Of a stretch of DNA of 64,000 bases, positions 53,663 to 63,173 are shown piece after piece. The notes beneath the pieces are model-generated. The model saw nothing but the letters and a program-made list of their open reading frames with translations. It did not search any database and was not told the origin of the DNA. The stretch is taken from positions 132,068 through 196,067 of the forward strand of contig CAJJBV010000004.1 in assembly GCA_905182525.1 (NCBI GenBank), written 5' to 3'. The position numbers and the translations under genes were made by a program. This stretch comes from Cryomorphaceae bacterium. Its GTDB lineage: Bacteria > Bacteroidota > Bacteroidia > Flavobacteriales_D > Parvicellaceae. Position 1 is the stretch's first letter. The number at the start of each line of letters is the position of its first letter.

Positions 53663-54955
53663 ATGAATATAGGAAATAAAAAGATTCAAAAAGCCTGGAC
53701 TTTTTATGACTGGGCAAATTCAGTTTACCCTTTAGTTATATCTAGTGCAATTTTTCCAATTTTTTATGAGGGTTATGTTGATGAGAAAGTTATTTTTTTT
53801 GGATTCGAATTTATTAATACTGCACTTATTACTTTATTAAGTTCTTGTTATTTCTTACTTCTTGTTTTTATTCTTCCAATTTTATCTGGGATCGCAGATT
53901 CTTCAGGAAATAAAAGAGCATTTATGCAATTCTTCTGTTATCTGGGTTCTTTTTCATGTGTGCTTCTTTCATTTTTTGATAAAAATCATTTGGAAATTAG
54001 TATGCTGTTATTTGTTATTACAGGAATTGGATTTTGGAGTAGTTTAGTTTTTTATAATGCATTTCTACCTGAAATAGCTCACAAAAAAGATCATGATAGT
54101 TTATCAGCTAGAGGTTTTTCTATGGGGTATTTTGGAAGTGTAATTCTTCTTTTAATTTGCTTATTTTTAATTTTTACTGCACCAGAAGATCAACGCTCTT
54201 TTTATACAAGAATGTGCTTTGCATTAACTGGCTTTTGGTGGTTTGGATTTTCTCAAATAACTTTTAAAAGTCTTCCTAAAGGGAATAAAATTAAAATCAA
54301 TGAAAAGTCAACGTATCAGAAAGGAATCTTAGAGCTTAATAATGTTAGAAAATATATAATTAAGACTAAAAGACTCAAAAGATTTATATACTCATTTTTT
54401 GTTTACAGTATGGCAGTGCAAACTATTATGTTGGTAGCTGTATACTTTGGAACAAAAGAAATTAATTGGGGTGAAGAAAACAATTCAAAACTTGGTTTAA
54501 TTATTAGCATATTATTAATTCAATTAATAGCTATTCCAGGTTCTCTTTTATTAGCAAGAATTTCTAAACTGAAAGGCAATCTTTTTGCACTCAAACTAGT
54601 TGTTTTTATTTGGATTATTCTGTGTTTAACTGCCTTTGTAGTTTATGAACCTATACATTTTTATTTTGTTTGCGGTTTTGTTGGTTTGGTAATGGGTGGT
54701 ATTCAATCATTATCTCGAAGTACTTTCTCAAAATATATTCCAACAGGTACAAAAGATACTTCCTCATTTTTTTCTTTTTATGATATTTCAGAAAAATTAG
54801 GTATTGTAATAGGAATGTTTTCATATGGTTTTATTGAACAGATTACAGGCAGTATGAGAAATTCAATTGTCGCATTAGTAGTTTTTTTTATAATCGGTTT
54901 AATATTGCTTTTTCAAGTTCCCAAAGAAGAAATTATTTTAGAATCTTATGGATAA
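53663..54955 (+). CDS. MFS transporter, UMF1 (Atg22-like) family
   Basis: N-terminal WTFYDWANSVYPLVI signature and about 12 TM helices. Confidence 0.75.
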   Translation: MNIGNKKIQKAWTFYDWANSVYPLVISSAIFPIFYEGYVDEKVIFFGFEFINTALITLLSSCYFLLLVFILPILSGIADSSGNKRAFMQFFCYLGSFSCVLLSFFDKNHLEISMLLFVITGIGFWSSLVFYNAFLPEIAHKKDHDSLSARGFSMGYFGSVILLLICLFLIFTAPEDQRSFYTRMCFALTGFWWFGFSQITFKSLPKGNKIKINEKSTYQKGILELNNVRKYIIKTKRLKRFIYSFFVYSMAVQTIMLVAVYFGTKEINWGEENNSKLGLIISILLIQLIAIPGSLLLARISKLKGNLFALKLVVFIWIILCLTAFVVYEPIHFYFVCGFVGLVMGGIQSLSRSTFSKYIPTGTKDTSSFFSFYDISEKLGIVIGMFSYGFIEQITGSMRNSIVALVVFFIIGLILLFQVPKEEIILESYG

Positions 54956-56165
54956 AATTTACGACATTACTGTAGTTGGCGGAGGTATTGTAGGTGCAGC
55001 TACATTTTATAAATTACAACAACATTTTCCTAATAAAAATTTACTTTTAATTGAAAAGGAAGATCATCTTGCTAAACATCAATCAGGGAATAATTCGGGA
55101 GTTATTCACTCAGGACTATATTATACACCAGGGTCTAATAAAGCAAGAAACTGTGTTTTAGGTAGACATGAACTTGTTAAGTTCTCAAAAGAACATAAAA
55201 TTAATCATGATGTTTGTGGAAAAGTTGTTGTTGCTACTAAAAAGAAAGAACTAAAGTTTTTAGATAAAATCTACAATAATGGTTTAGAAAATAATACGGA
55301 AGGAATTGAAAAGATTAATTCAAAACAGATATTAGATTTAGAACCCGAAGTTAATGGTATAGCAGGGATTTGGGTCCCTTGTACAGGTATAATTGATTAT
55401 GTTCAGGCTACAAATAAGATGATTGAAGTTGCTTGTGGATTAAATGAAAATAGTAAAGTTATTTTGTCACAAGAAGTCATGAATATTGATAATGATGGTG
55501 ATATTAAAATTATCAGAACTAAGGAACTTGAATTTAAATCAAAGTACTTAATTGTATGTGGTGGTCTCCAAGCCGATAGATTAGCTAAAAATGATGGCAT
55601 TCCATTAAAGGAAAGAATTGTAGGTTTTAGAGGTGATTACTACGAATTAGAAGACCATGCAAAATATAAAGTAAAAAATCTTATATATCCTGTTCCAGAC
55701 CCAGCTTTTCCATTTTTAGGAGTCCATTTTACAAGAATGGTAAATGGAGATGTCGAGTGTGGTCCAAATGCCGTTTTTAGCTTTAAAAGGGAAGGTTATA
55801 ATAAAACAGATTTCAGTCTTAATGACTCTTTAAATGCTCTTACTTATATTGGAACTTGGCAACTCTTTATGAAAAATGCATCCTATGGAATTAATGAATA
55901 TAGGAGAGCTTTTTCAAAAAAGTTATTCTTAAAAACACTTCAGAAATTAATACCCTCCTTAACTATGAATGACATTAAACAGGGTAGAGCAGGAGTTCGG
56001 GCTTTATTACTAAGTCAAAATGGCGATACTAAAGATGATTTTAGAATAGAATTCACTTCAAATAGTATACATGTTTTAAATGCTCCCTCGCCGGCAGCAA
56101 CCGCTTGTTTAGCAATTGGAAATGATATAAAAGAAATGGCTATTAAGAACTTCGGACTAAATTAG
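54948..56165 (+). CDS. lhgO: L-2-hydroxyglutarate oxidase (FAD-dependent)
   Basis: YDITVVGGGIVGAA Rossmann motif, SGNNSGVIHSGLYYTPGSNKA, and length of 405 aa. Confidence 0.8.
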   Translation: MDKIYDITVVGGGIVGAATFYKLQQHFPNKNLLLIEKEDHLAKHQSGNNSGVIHSGLYYTPGSNKARNCVLGRHELVKFSKEHKINHDVCGKVVVATKKKELKFLDKIYNNGLENNTEGIEKINSKQILDLEPEVNGIAGIWVPCTGIIDYVQATNKMIEVACGLNENSKVILSQEVMNIDNDGDIKIIRTKELEFKSKYLIVCGGLQADRLAKNDGIPLKERIVGFRGDYYELEDHAKYKVKNLIYPVPDPAFPFLGVHFTRMVNGDVECGPNAVFSFKREGYNKTDFSLNDSLNALTYIGTWQLFMKNASYGINEYRRAFSKKLFLKTLQKLIPSLTMNDIKQGRAGVRALLLSQNGDTKDDFRIEFTSNSIHVLNAPSPAATACLAIGNDIKEMAIKNFGLN

Positions 56166-56711
56166 CTAGTAAGAAATTTTAGATTTTTCAAAAATTGTTT
56201 TCCAATCCCAAATAAAATTCTCAATTAAAACATCAATTTTTTTAAGAAAAATAGGATTTGGAGTATTGAGTTGTGCAAAATATTCATCCTGATATTTGCC
56301 AAGTTTAAATTTAAAAAAAACAGCTTTAGACATGCCGTATAAAATATTTTTGGATGGATGATTTACTCTAGAAATAAAGGAACTGTAGCTCTCTAACTCT
56401 TCTTTCATTATATTAAAATCCATTTCAAAAACTTCACTCATTTCAAGAATAATTGAATTGCAAATTGTATTTTCTTCATGACTAGATAGTATTCTTTCAA
56501 AAAAACGAATATTGCCTGCTATAATTATAAACATTAATACTTTTGGATCTTTGTAATTTAAATCTGGATGTGACTTTAATTCGGAGTCATTATAAATGGC
56601 ATCCAAAAAATCTTCAAAAGTCTCATCTAATGCAATTAGTGTTCTGTGAACAAACTGCTTAGCTAATATCTTGTGAGTTATTCTTTTTTTTACAAATAAA
56701 GTTGCAAACAT
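56166..56711 (-). CDS. Hypothetical protein, predicted all-alpha, cytoplasmic
   Basis: The ORF-track start at 56732 is TTG and overlaps a TATTTTTG -7 box. The first ATG at 56711 (MFATLFVKK...) lies 19 nt downstream of that box, matching the spacing at other genes. Confidence 0.5.
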   Translation of the reverse strand: MFATLFVKKRITHKILAKQFVHRTLIALDETFEDFLDAIYNDSELKSHPDLNYKDPKVLMFIIIAGNIRFFERILSSHEENTICNSIILEMSEVFEMDFNIMKEELESYSSFISRVNHPSKNILYGMSKAVFFKFKLGKYQDEYFAQLNTPNPIFLKKIDVLIENFIWDWKTIFEKSKISY

Positions 56712-56729
56712 TTTAGATATTCTTTTATA

Positions 56730-56737
56730 CAAAAATA
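56730..56737 (-). promoter_or_regulatory. -7 box TATTTTTG (minus strand) upstream of hypothetical gene 56166..56711
   Basis: + strand CAAAAATA. 19 nt before the ATG at 56711. Confidence 0.4.
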
Positions 56738-56869
56738 TTTTATGTTGCTAAGCTTTAGTGACTATTCATTTTTCCTTTATTCACAAAGTTATCAACGTTG
56801 TTTCAATAAGTTAATCCATGATTTCCTATTAATAATTGATATTCACTTACATTTTTGATTTAGAAAAAA

Positions 56870-56877
56870 TATATTTG
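56870..56877 (+). promoter_or_regulatory. -7 box TATATTTG upstream of yidC
   Basis: Matches TAnnTTTG, 20 nt before the ATG at 56897. Confidence 0.45.
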
Positions 56878-56896
56878 CCAATTAATTTCTTTTATA

Positions 56897-58801
56897 ATGG
56901 ATAAAAATACTACAACTGGTTTAATTCTGATAGGTGCTGTTGTTATGGCATTTATGTTTTTAAACCAGCCCGATGAGCAACCTATTGCAAATCAAGCTAA
57001 CGAAAATACTCCACAACAAACCTCATTAGATAACAAAAAAAATGTTTTAGAATCTGAAAATCTAGAGAATACTACATCTATTACTGAAATTGATTCTGCT
57101 GATAATGTTATTTATAAAAAACTTATCGAACAAAAGCAAAGAGAGGAACTGATTGAAAACTATGGCATTTTTTATAATTCTGTTAATGGTGATGAAAAAG
57201 AATATACGCTAGAAAATAATAAAATAAAAGTTTCTTTTACTTCCAAAGGGGCAAGAATTAGTAATGCTGAAATGGTTGAACTGGATAATAATGGATTATT
57301 TAAGTATAGAACTTATAATAGTTTTATAAACGATGAGAATAAACCATTATCTCTTTTTGAAAAGGAATCATCTCAAATGAGTTTAACAATAGTTGATGCA
57401 GAAAAAGTTGTTCCAGTTGAAACAAAAGATTTATTCTTTAATCTAGTAACTCAAAATGATAGTGTTTTAGTTTTTAGAGCAAACGCAGGTTCTATAGATA
57501 AATATCTAGAGTTTTCTTACCATTTATCAAAAAACAAATATGATGTTGATTTTAATATAGATTATCATAATATTGAAAATGATATTAAGTCAGATGTAGA
57601 TTTAAAATGGTCAATGAAAGGGCTTTCAACTGAAAAACTTGCAGAAGACGAGAGAATGATTTGTACAATTATGTATAGATATTTTGGAACTACTAGAGAC
57701 TGGCTTTCTGAAACTTCGGACAATGAAGAAGATTTGGAAAGTAATATAAATTGGATCGCTTTTAAACATAAATTCTTCTCTTCAATTTTATTAAGTGAGA
57801 ATGAGGATGGTCTAGGTAAAAGTAAAATAGTACATCGTAATCTAGAAGATGACAAGTATACCGATTCTTACGCTTCTAAATCATCTATTCCCTCAAGAGG
57901 TAATGTTGCTTTTAAATTCTTATTTATTCCAAATGATTATGATTTGTTAGAAACCTATGATAGTGAAATTGAAGGGTTAATCAATCTTGGAGGAAGTGTT
58001 TTTGCATGGGTAAACAGATATTTAATTGATCCTGTTTTTAAATTTTTATTGTCTTCAGGATTTAATTTAGGATTGGTAATATTATTGCTAACTATTATTG
58101 TGAAAATTGTAATAATGCCATTGACTTATAAAAACTATATGTCAACTGCTAAAACAAAAGTTATTAAGCCTGAGATGAGTAAAATTACTGCTAAATACGA
58201 AGGTAAAACTGATAGAAATACAGCTATGAAAAAACAGCAGGAAACTATGGCTTTATATAAACAGACTGGTGTAAACCCTATGGCTGGCTGTATTCCTATG
58301 ATTATTCAGATGCCTATTTTAATTGCTGTTTTTAGATATTTTCCAGCTAGTTTAAGTTTACGACATAAGGGTTTTTTGTGGGCTGAGGATCTAAGTTCTT
58401 TTGATTCTATTTTTGACTTTGGCTTTACAATCCCTCTTTATGGCGACCACATAAGCTTATTTGCTTTATTGATGGCAGGTTCCACTTTAATTTACACGAT
58501 GACTAATAGTAGTCAAATGGCACCAACTCAACCTGGAATGCCAAACATGAAGGTAATTATGTACATGATGCCAATAATGTTCATTTTCATTTTTAATAAA
58601 TATTCATCAGGACTTAGTTATTATTATTTCTGTGGAAATATTATGAATATTGGAATTATGTGGGGTATTAAAAAATACCTTATTGATGAGGATAAAATCA
58701 GAGAAAAAATAGAGTCAAATAAGAAAAAAATTAAAAAGAAATCTCGTTTTCAACAACGTTTGGAAGATGTAGCTAAGCAACAGCAAAAAAAGAGAAGATG
58801 A
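56897..58801 (+). CDS. yidC: Membrane protein insertase YidC (long Bacteroidota form)
   Basis: 634 aa with an N-terminal TM helix, a large periplasmic domain, and the C-terminal 60 kDa-IMP core (PLTYKNYMS...GVNPMAGCIPMIIQMPI...). Confidence 0.92.
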   Translation: MDKNTTTGLILIGAVVMAFMFLNQPDEQPIANQANENTPQQTSLDNKKNVLESENLENTTSITEIDSADNVIYKKLIEQKQREELIENYGIFYNSVNGDEKEYTLENNKIKVSFTSKGARISNAEMVELDNNGLFKYRTYNSFINDENKPLSLFEKESSQMSLTIVDAEKVVPVETKDLFFNLVTQNDSVLVFRANAGSIDKYLEFSYHLSKNKYDVDFNIDYHNIENDIKSDVDLKWSMKGLSTEKLAEDERMICTIMYRYFGTTRDWLSETSDNEEDLESNINWIAFKHKFFSSILLSENEDGLGKSKIVHRNLEDDKYTDSYASKSSIPSRGNVAFKFLFIPNDYDLLETYDSEIEGLINLGGSVFAWVNRYLIDPVFKFLLSSGFNLGLVILLLTIIVKIVIMPLTYKNYMSTAKTKVIKPEMSKITAKYEGKTDRNTAMKKQQETMALYKQTGVNPMAGCIPMIIQMPILIAVFRYFPASLSLRHKGFLWAEDLSSFDSIFDFGFTIPLYGDHISLFALLMAGSTLIYTMTNSSQMAPTQPGMPNMKVIMYMMPIMFIFIFNKYSSGLSYYYFCGNIMNIGIMWGIKKYLIDEDKIREKIESNKKKIKKKSRFQQRLEDVAKQQQKKRR

Positions 58802-58867
58802 TATTTGATTTAATATTTGCTAATCCCATAAAAATGAACTTAATTTGCACCTCAAATTTTTAATAAA

Positions 58868-59101
58868 ATGTCTAGAGTTTGCCAAATTACAGGGAAGAAA
58901 GTTATTAGCGGAAATAACGTTTCAAAATCCAATAGAAAGACAAAAAGAAAGTTTTATCCAAACCTTCAAACTAAGAAGTTTTTTATTCCTGAAGAAAATA
59001 AATGGATAACCCTTAAGGTTTCTGCTGCAGCTATTAGAACTATTAATAAAAAAGGTATTTCTGCAGTTTTGGCTACTGCCAAAGCGAACGGGTTAATGTA
59101 A
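58868..59101 (+). CDS. rpmB: 50S ribosomal protein L28
   Basis: MSRVCQITGKKVISGNNVSKSNRKTKRKFYPNLQ... is canonical L28. Confidence 0.95.
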   Translation: MSRVCQITGKKVISGNNVSKSNRKTKRKFYPNLQTKKFFIPEENKWITLKVSAAAIRTINKKGISAVLATAKANGLM

Positions 59102-59146
59102 ATTATATTTTTCTCAAAAATCCTTACTACTTTAGTAAATGGAATT

Positions 59147-60559
59147 ATGAGATATATAACCCTTTTATTTTTTATTATACTTTTTCATTTTTATACTTTC
59201 TCACAAGAATATAATAATTCCTTAATTGATTATAAATTTGTTGATTTCGGCATATATGATACAGATTTACTCCCTGCAAAATTTCATTTAGATAGAAGAA
59301 AGGCTGTTAAAACTTTTTTACCTGAAAATAGTATGGCTATTTTTTATTCTGGAAAAAGCATGGTTAGATCTAACGATGTTGATTATGAATTTCATCAAGA
59401 TCCAAATTTTTATTACTTAACAGGACTAAATGAACCTAATAGTGCTTTAGTTTTATTTAAAACTCCAGTAGTTTTAGATCAAGACACTATTAGTGAACTA
59501 TTACTAATTAAAAAAAGAAATGAAAACTCAGAAATTTGGGTTGGTAAAAAATTAGGTATTAAAGGTTCTGAAAAATTTCTTGAATTAGAAAAATCTTTTG
59601 ATATTGATCAATTTAATTGGTCTAAAATCGATTTATCTACTATTGATTCTTTGTTTGTACATGATAATTATAAGTTAGGTCATCTATCTATATTTAATAA
59701 AGATTTTAATGGTACTCACTTATATGATAAGTTTAATATTAATGAAAATGAAATCAAAAATTGGATGGCTCAGTTAAGAGAAGTTAAGTCCGAAGAGGAA
59801 CTGGTTTTATTAAGAAAAGCAATATCAATAACATGTGATGCTCAAAACGAGTTAATGAAAGTCCTTAAACCAGGAATGAAGGAATATCAAGCGGAAGCTG
59901 TAGTTGAAGCAGTATTTAAATTAAAGGGTGCTGAATACCCTGGTTATCCATCCATTGTAGGTGCTGCAGAAAATTCCTGTATTCTTCATTACACAACTAA
60001 TAGGAAAACAATGAAAGGGAATCATTTACTCTTAAGCGATGTTGGTGCAGAATATCATGGATATACTGCAGACGTCACTAGAACAATCCCAGTTGATGGA
60101 AAATATACAAAAGAAGAAAAAATTATTTATGATATTGTTCTTGAAGCCCAAGAAAAGGCTATTGCAGAGTGTAGGCCTGGAAACCCTTTTTATATTACCA
60201 ATACAATTGCAACAACAGTGATTTCTCAAAGATTACAAGAATTAGGGATTATAAAATCTCCATTTGAAATTAGGAGATATTTTATGCACGGAACTTCGCA
60301 TTACTTGGGTTTAGATGTTCATGACCCAGGAACTATGGGGAACTTTCAGCCCAATACTGTAATTACTGTTGAACCTGGCATTTATATTAAGCAAGGTTCA
60401 CCTTGTGATCCAAAGTGGTGGAATATAGGTATTAGAATTGAGGATGATATTCTAATTACAAACTCAGAGCCAGAAAATCTTTCTGCTTGTGTTCCAAGAA
60501 CAACTAAAGAAATTGAATTAGCAATGAAAAAACAATCAGAGTTATTTAAAGAATTTTAA
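59147..60559 (+). CDS. Xaa-Pro aminopeptidase (M24B) with signal peptide
   Basis: AMP_N-type N-terminal domain (FHQDPNFYYLTG). Metal ligands in DVGAEYHGYTADVTRT, HGTSHYLGLDVHD, EPGIY and IRIEDD. Confidence 0.85.
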   Translation: MRYITLLFFIILFHFYTFSQEYNNSLIDYKFVDFGIYDTDLLPAKFHLDRRKAVKTFLPENSMAIFYSGKSMVRSNDVDYEFHQDPNFYYLTGLNEPNSALVLFKTPVVLDQDTISELLLIKKRNENSEIWVGKKLGIKGSEKFLELEKSFDIDQFNWSKIDLSTIDSLFVHDNYKLGHLSIFNKDFNGTHLYDKFNINENEIKNWMAQLREVKSEEELVLLRKAISITCDAQNELMKVLKPGMKEYQAEAVVEAVFKLKGAEYPGYPSIVGAAENSCILHYTTNRKTMKGNHLLLSDVGAEYHGYTADVTRTIPVDGKYTKEEKIIYDIVLEAQEKAIAECRPGNPFYITNTIATTVISQRLQELGIIKSPFEIRRYFMHGTSHYLGLDVHDPGTMGNFQPNTVITVEPGIYIKQGSPCDPKWWNIGIRIEDDILITNSEPENLSACVPRTTKEIELAMKKQSELFKEF

Positions 60560-62169
60560 TTTTCTACTGCAATAAATCTAAATCCAGTAAAAGGATTTGG
60601 TGTAAAGAATTTCTCATCTGATTTTACAATAATTTCATTTCTAAAACTAGCCCAACTTCCCCCTTTAGAGATTGGTTTATTTAAAACCATTTCAGATACA
60701 TTACCGTAAATACAATATAATTCATATTCGTTTTTGAAATAACTATCAACCGGACATGTAAATTCAAATCCATCCAGTTTTCCTGCTTCTCTTATTTGCT
60801 CTTTAGTTAACCCTGGTTTTAAAAAATCTTTATCACTATCTAAAATCCAACGTTCTTCTACAGGATTGTAATTGCATAAAAAGACTCCTTTTGAATTACG
60901 CAAGTATTTTCTTTTACTAAATAAGGAACTATTTATCAAATTTACTTTTGCAAAATTCTCCCATTGCTTTTCTGTAGGTAATTGGAAAGTTATATTTCCT
61001 AATTTCTTTTTTTCAAATGAATTGTATTTAATAGTTAGCCATTTACAAAACTCTATTGCTGACTCTCTACTAATATTTACCACTGGATAGTTAAAATAAT
61101 CTTCATGTTTAGAATAGTTTCTAATAAGTCGAAATGGGTATTTTATATTACCCGCCCAGTTTAAGTTCTTGGAAGCATGGTTTAGTTGACCTGTTTCGCC
61201 AATAAAATGATGGTATAACTGGTTAGTTACTTCAAACTTTCCTACATAAATACTGTCTGAAGTTAATTTAGATAATAAGGATTCTATGTATTTAGCATTT
61301 ATTTTTATGTCTTTAGTTTTAGTTTTGTTTTTGAATTCTATTATTTCAATAAAGTATCTAAATCCAATTTTAGGAGATGGTTTTTCCCATCCTTTAAATT
61401 CATCTTTTGAGTTGATTTCTATAAATAAAGGGTTACTTCCCCAGCTTCCACCTTTTGTTCTTCTAGGTTGGTCAATCATTTCTGCAACATTTCCGCTCAT
61501 ACAGTACAAACCAAAATCGTTTGGCCAATATGATTTTGCAGGTGCAATTACATCCATTATTTTATTCATATTATCTGTAGTTGAATTAACTTGATTTTTG
61601 CCTCTTAAAAAATTTGCCATTAAATTGCCTTCGTATTTCTTTTCTTGGTTTCTTAATTTAGTTCCCTCCCAAGGAAATATTGCTGAAGGATTTCCAGCTT
61701 TAGCTGCATTTTCCCATTCTTCTTCATTTGGAAGTCTTACTACAAGTTCATATACAGGATGTTTTTCATCTTCTTGATAAACCTGATTTAAAATTCTTGT
61801 CAGCCACTCACAATACGCTTTTGCCTGCTTATGCGATATGCCAACTAACGGAAATTCGTTGTACTTTGAATCTTGTAGATAGTAATGAATATATGGACTA
61901 TTATAACTTAAATTTTTATTCCAGCAATTGGTGTCAGGAATCATTATTCTATGAACACTATCACCAAGATCTTTTTTAATATGCCATAAAAACTCTTTAT
62001 ACTGTAAGTTAGTTAGTTCAGTCCTTGCAGCCCATAGATAATTTTCTCTAACAGGTTCGCAGTTTAAAATTTTAAAATCTGCCCATTTACTATTAATTTG
62101 ACAACTTGAAGAAATTAAAATGAAGTTGATAATTAATAAGAAAAATAATTTTTCTAAATTAATTATCAT
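60556..62169 (-). CDS. Lipoprotein with two tandem FGE-sulfatase (SUMF1-like) domains, GldJ/GldK-like fold, probably non-catalytic
   Basis: Lipobox ILISSSC. Two copies of the pattern E(L/V)TN.(Q)Y..F ... PxV.IS...A..(Y/F)C.WLT ... (L)P(N/T)E..WE..AK ... LYC..GNV.EM ... GGSW.S ... GFR(Y/F). No conserved Cys pair at the FGE catalytic position. Confidence 0.65.
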   Translation of the reverse strand: MIINLEKLFFLLIINFILISSSCQINSKWADFKILNCEPVRENYLWAARTELTNLQYKEFLWHIKKDLGDSVHRIMIPDTNCWNKNLSYNSPYIHYYLQDSKYNEFPLVGISHKQAKAYCEWLTRILNQVYQEDEKHPVYELVVRLPNEEEWENAAKAGNPSAIFPWEGTKLRNQEKKYEGNLMANFLRGKNQVNSTTDNMNKIMDVIAPAKSYWPNDFGLYCMSGNVAEMIDQPRRTKGGSWGSNPLFIEINSKDEFKGWEKPSPKIGFRYFIEIIEFKNKTKTKDIKINAKYIESLLSKLTSDSIYVGKFEVTNQLYHHFIGETGQLNHASKNLNWAGNIKYPFRLIRNYSKHEDYFNYPVVNISRESAIEFCKWLTIKYNSFEKKKLGNITFQLPTEKQWENFAKVNLINSSLFSKRKYLRNSKGVFLCNYNPVEERWILDSDKDFLKPGLTKEQIREAGKLDGFEFTCPVDSYFKNEYELYCIYGNVSEMVLNKPISKGGSWASFRNEIIVKSDEKFFTPNPFTGFRFIAVEN

Positions 62170-62585
62170 GGTGTTATTCTTAGCTTATTGATTTTCACTA
62201 AAGGACCTTGACATGAAAGGTTATGACAACTAATACAATTATTGATAATGATTGAATAATTTTTAATATTAGGTTCTTTATTAAATTCATCGACAGAGAA
62301 TGCAAATGATTTAGACATAGGCTCAATGTGAATTTTGTTAAAAGAGATATCTGTAACTTTTTGTTTATGAATTAATTTAAAATTTAAAAGATCTTTTCCT
62401 AAAAGTTCATTATTTTCTAGTCTTGATTTAATTTTTTCTAAATTTAAAGTCATATCCCTCATTTGTTGAGCCATTTCACTAGTAGGGTTGGGATCAATAA
62501 TGACTTTACTTTTAGTATCTGATTCGTCTTTATTTTTGCATCCAATGATAGAAGACAGAAAAAAAATACAGAAAAAAAATCTCAT
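62166..62585 (-). CDS. Small lipoprotein with a single C-terminal CXXCH motif, candidate c-type cytochrome
   Basis: Lipobox SSIIGC. CISCH is encoded at 62223..62237, 18 residues from the C-terminus. 4-nt overlap with the downstream gene (62166..62169) and 1-nt overlap with the upstream gene (62585). Confidence 0.45.
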   Translation of the reverse strand: MRFFFCIFFLSSIIGCKNKDESDTKSKVIIDPNPTSEMAQQMRDMTLNLEKIKSRLENNELLGKDLLNFKLIHKQKVTDISFNKIHIEPMSKSFAFSVDEFNKEPNIKNYSIIINNCISCHNLSCQGPLVKINKLRITP

Positions 62586-63070
62586 TATTTAATAATTACT
62601 CCATCTGCTGTGAAACCTAACTTATAACTGGCTTCGGTTATTTGAGCTATTTCTTTTTCTGTTTTTCCAGCATCTTCTGCATAATGTTTTAACATTTCAA
62701 CAGAAACAGTATCTAAAAATAAATCTCCTTGGATAATTGCTCTTTTTCCTTCAACACTGTCCTTAGGAACAAAAAATGCATAATCTCTAAATTTGACAAA
62801 CAATGTATCTCCACCTATGTCAAGAGACATCCAACAACCTTTCATACTACAAGTTTCAATTATTTGTCCAGAAAGTTTACAAGACTTCGAACCTAATTTT
62901 TTAAGAGTCTCTTTTTCTAAAATTAAACTTTTTACAGAATCTTCAGAAATTATTGTCCCGTAAAATGATGAATTTTCTAAATTACTTTCTTTTTTTGAGT
63001 CAGATTTTTTTGAATTTGATTGGCAACAAAAAAATAAAAAAGAAAAGGAGATAATTATAATTTTTTTCAT
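62585..63070 (-). CDS. DUF4920-like secreted protein
   Basis: Signal peptide, then GQIIETCSMKGCWMSL...VKFRDYAFFVPKD...GKRAIIQG...VEMLKHYAEDAGKTEKEIAQIT...FTADGVII, the pattern I associate with DUF4920. Confidence 0.6.
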   Translation of the reverse strand: MKKIIIISFSFLFFCCQSNSKKSDSKKESNLENSSFYGTIISEDSVKSLILEKETLKKLGSKSCKLSGQIIETCSMKGCWMSLDIGGDTLFVKFRDYAFFVPKDSVEGKRAIIQGDLFLDTVSVEMLKHYAEDAGKTEKEIAQITEASYKLGFTADGVIIK

Positions 63071-63165
63071 TTTAAAAATTTTTCAAATATATTCAATTGA
63101 TTTTAGTGATTCAATTATGAAAGTAAATAAAACAATTGTAACCTTGTAGATAAGAATAAATAATT

Positions 63166-63173
63166 TATATTTG
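63166..63173 (+). promoter_or_regulatory. Bacteroidota-type -7 promoter box TATATTTG upstream of rpmG
   Basis: Matches TAnnTTTG. The G lies 20 nt before the ATG. A TTG at 63144..63146 lies 19 nt upstream of the box, giving a -33-like element. Confidence 0.5.

Noticed and set aside
59124-59138. Hairpin TTACTA-CTT-TAGTAA after rpmB
   Set aside because: The stem is 6 bp, all A/T except one pair, with a 3-nt loop and no following T-run. It is too weak to call.
60556-62169. Calling the tandem FGE-domain lipoprotein GldJ
   Set aside because: Size and lipoprotein nature fit. However, the N-terminal region lacks the GldJ-like sequence I remember (GGTFTMG-type start), and the neighbourhood is not the usual one. 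I kept it as generic FGE-fold.
59147-63070. Genomic island or mobile element inserted in the ribosomal protein cluster
   Set aside because: I saw no integrase, transposase, tRNA target, flanking direct repeats or obvious compositional shift. I report it only as a synteny break.
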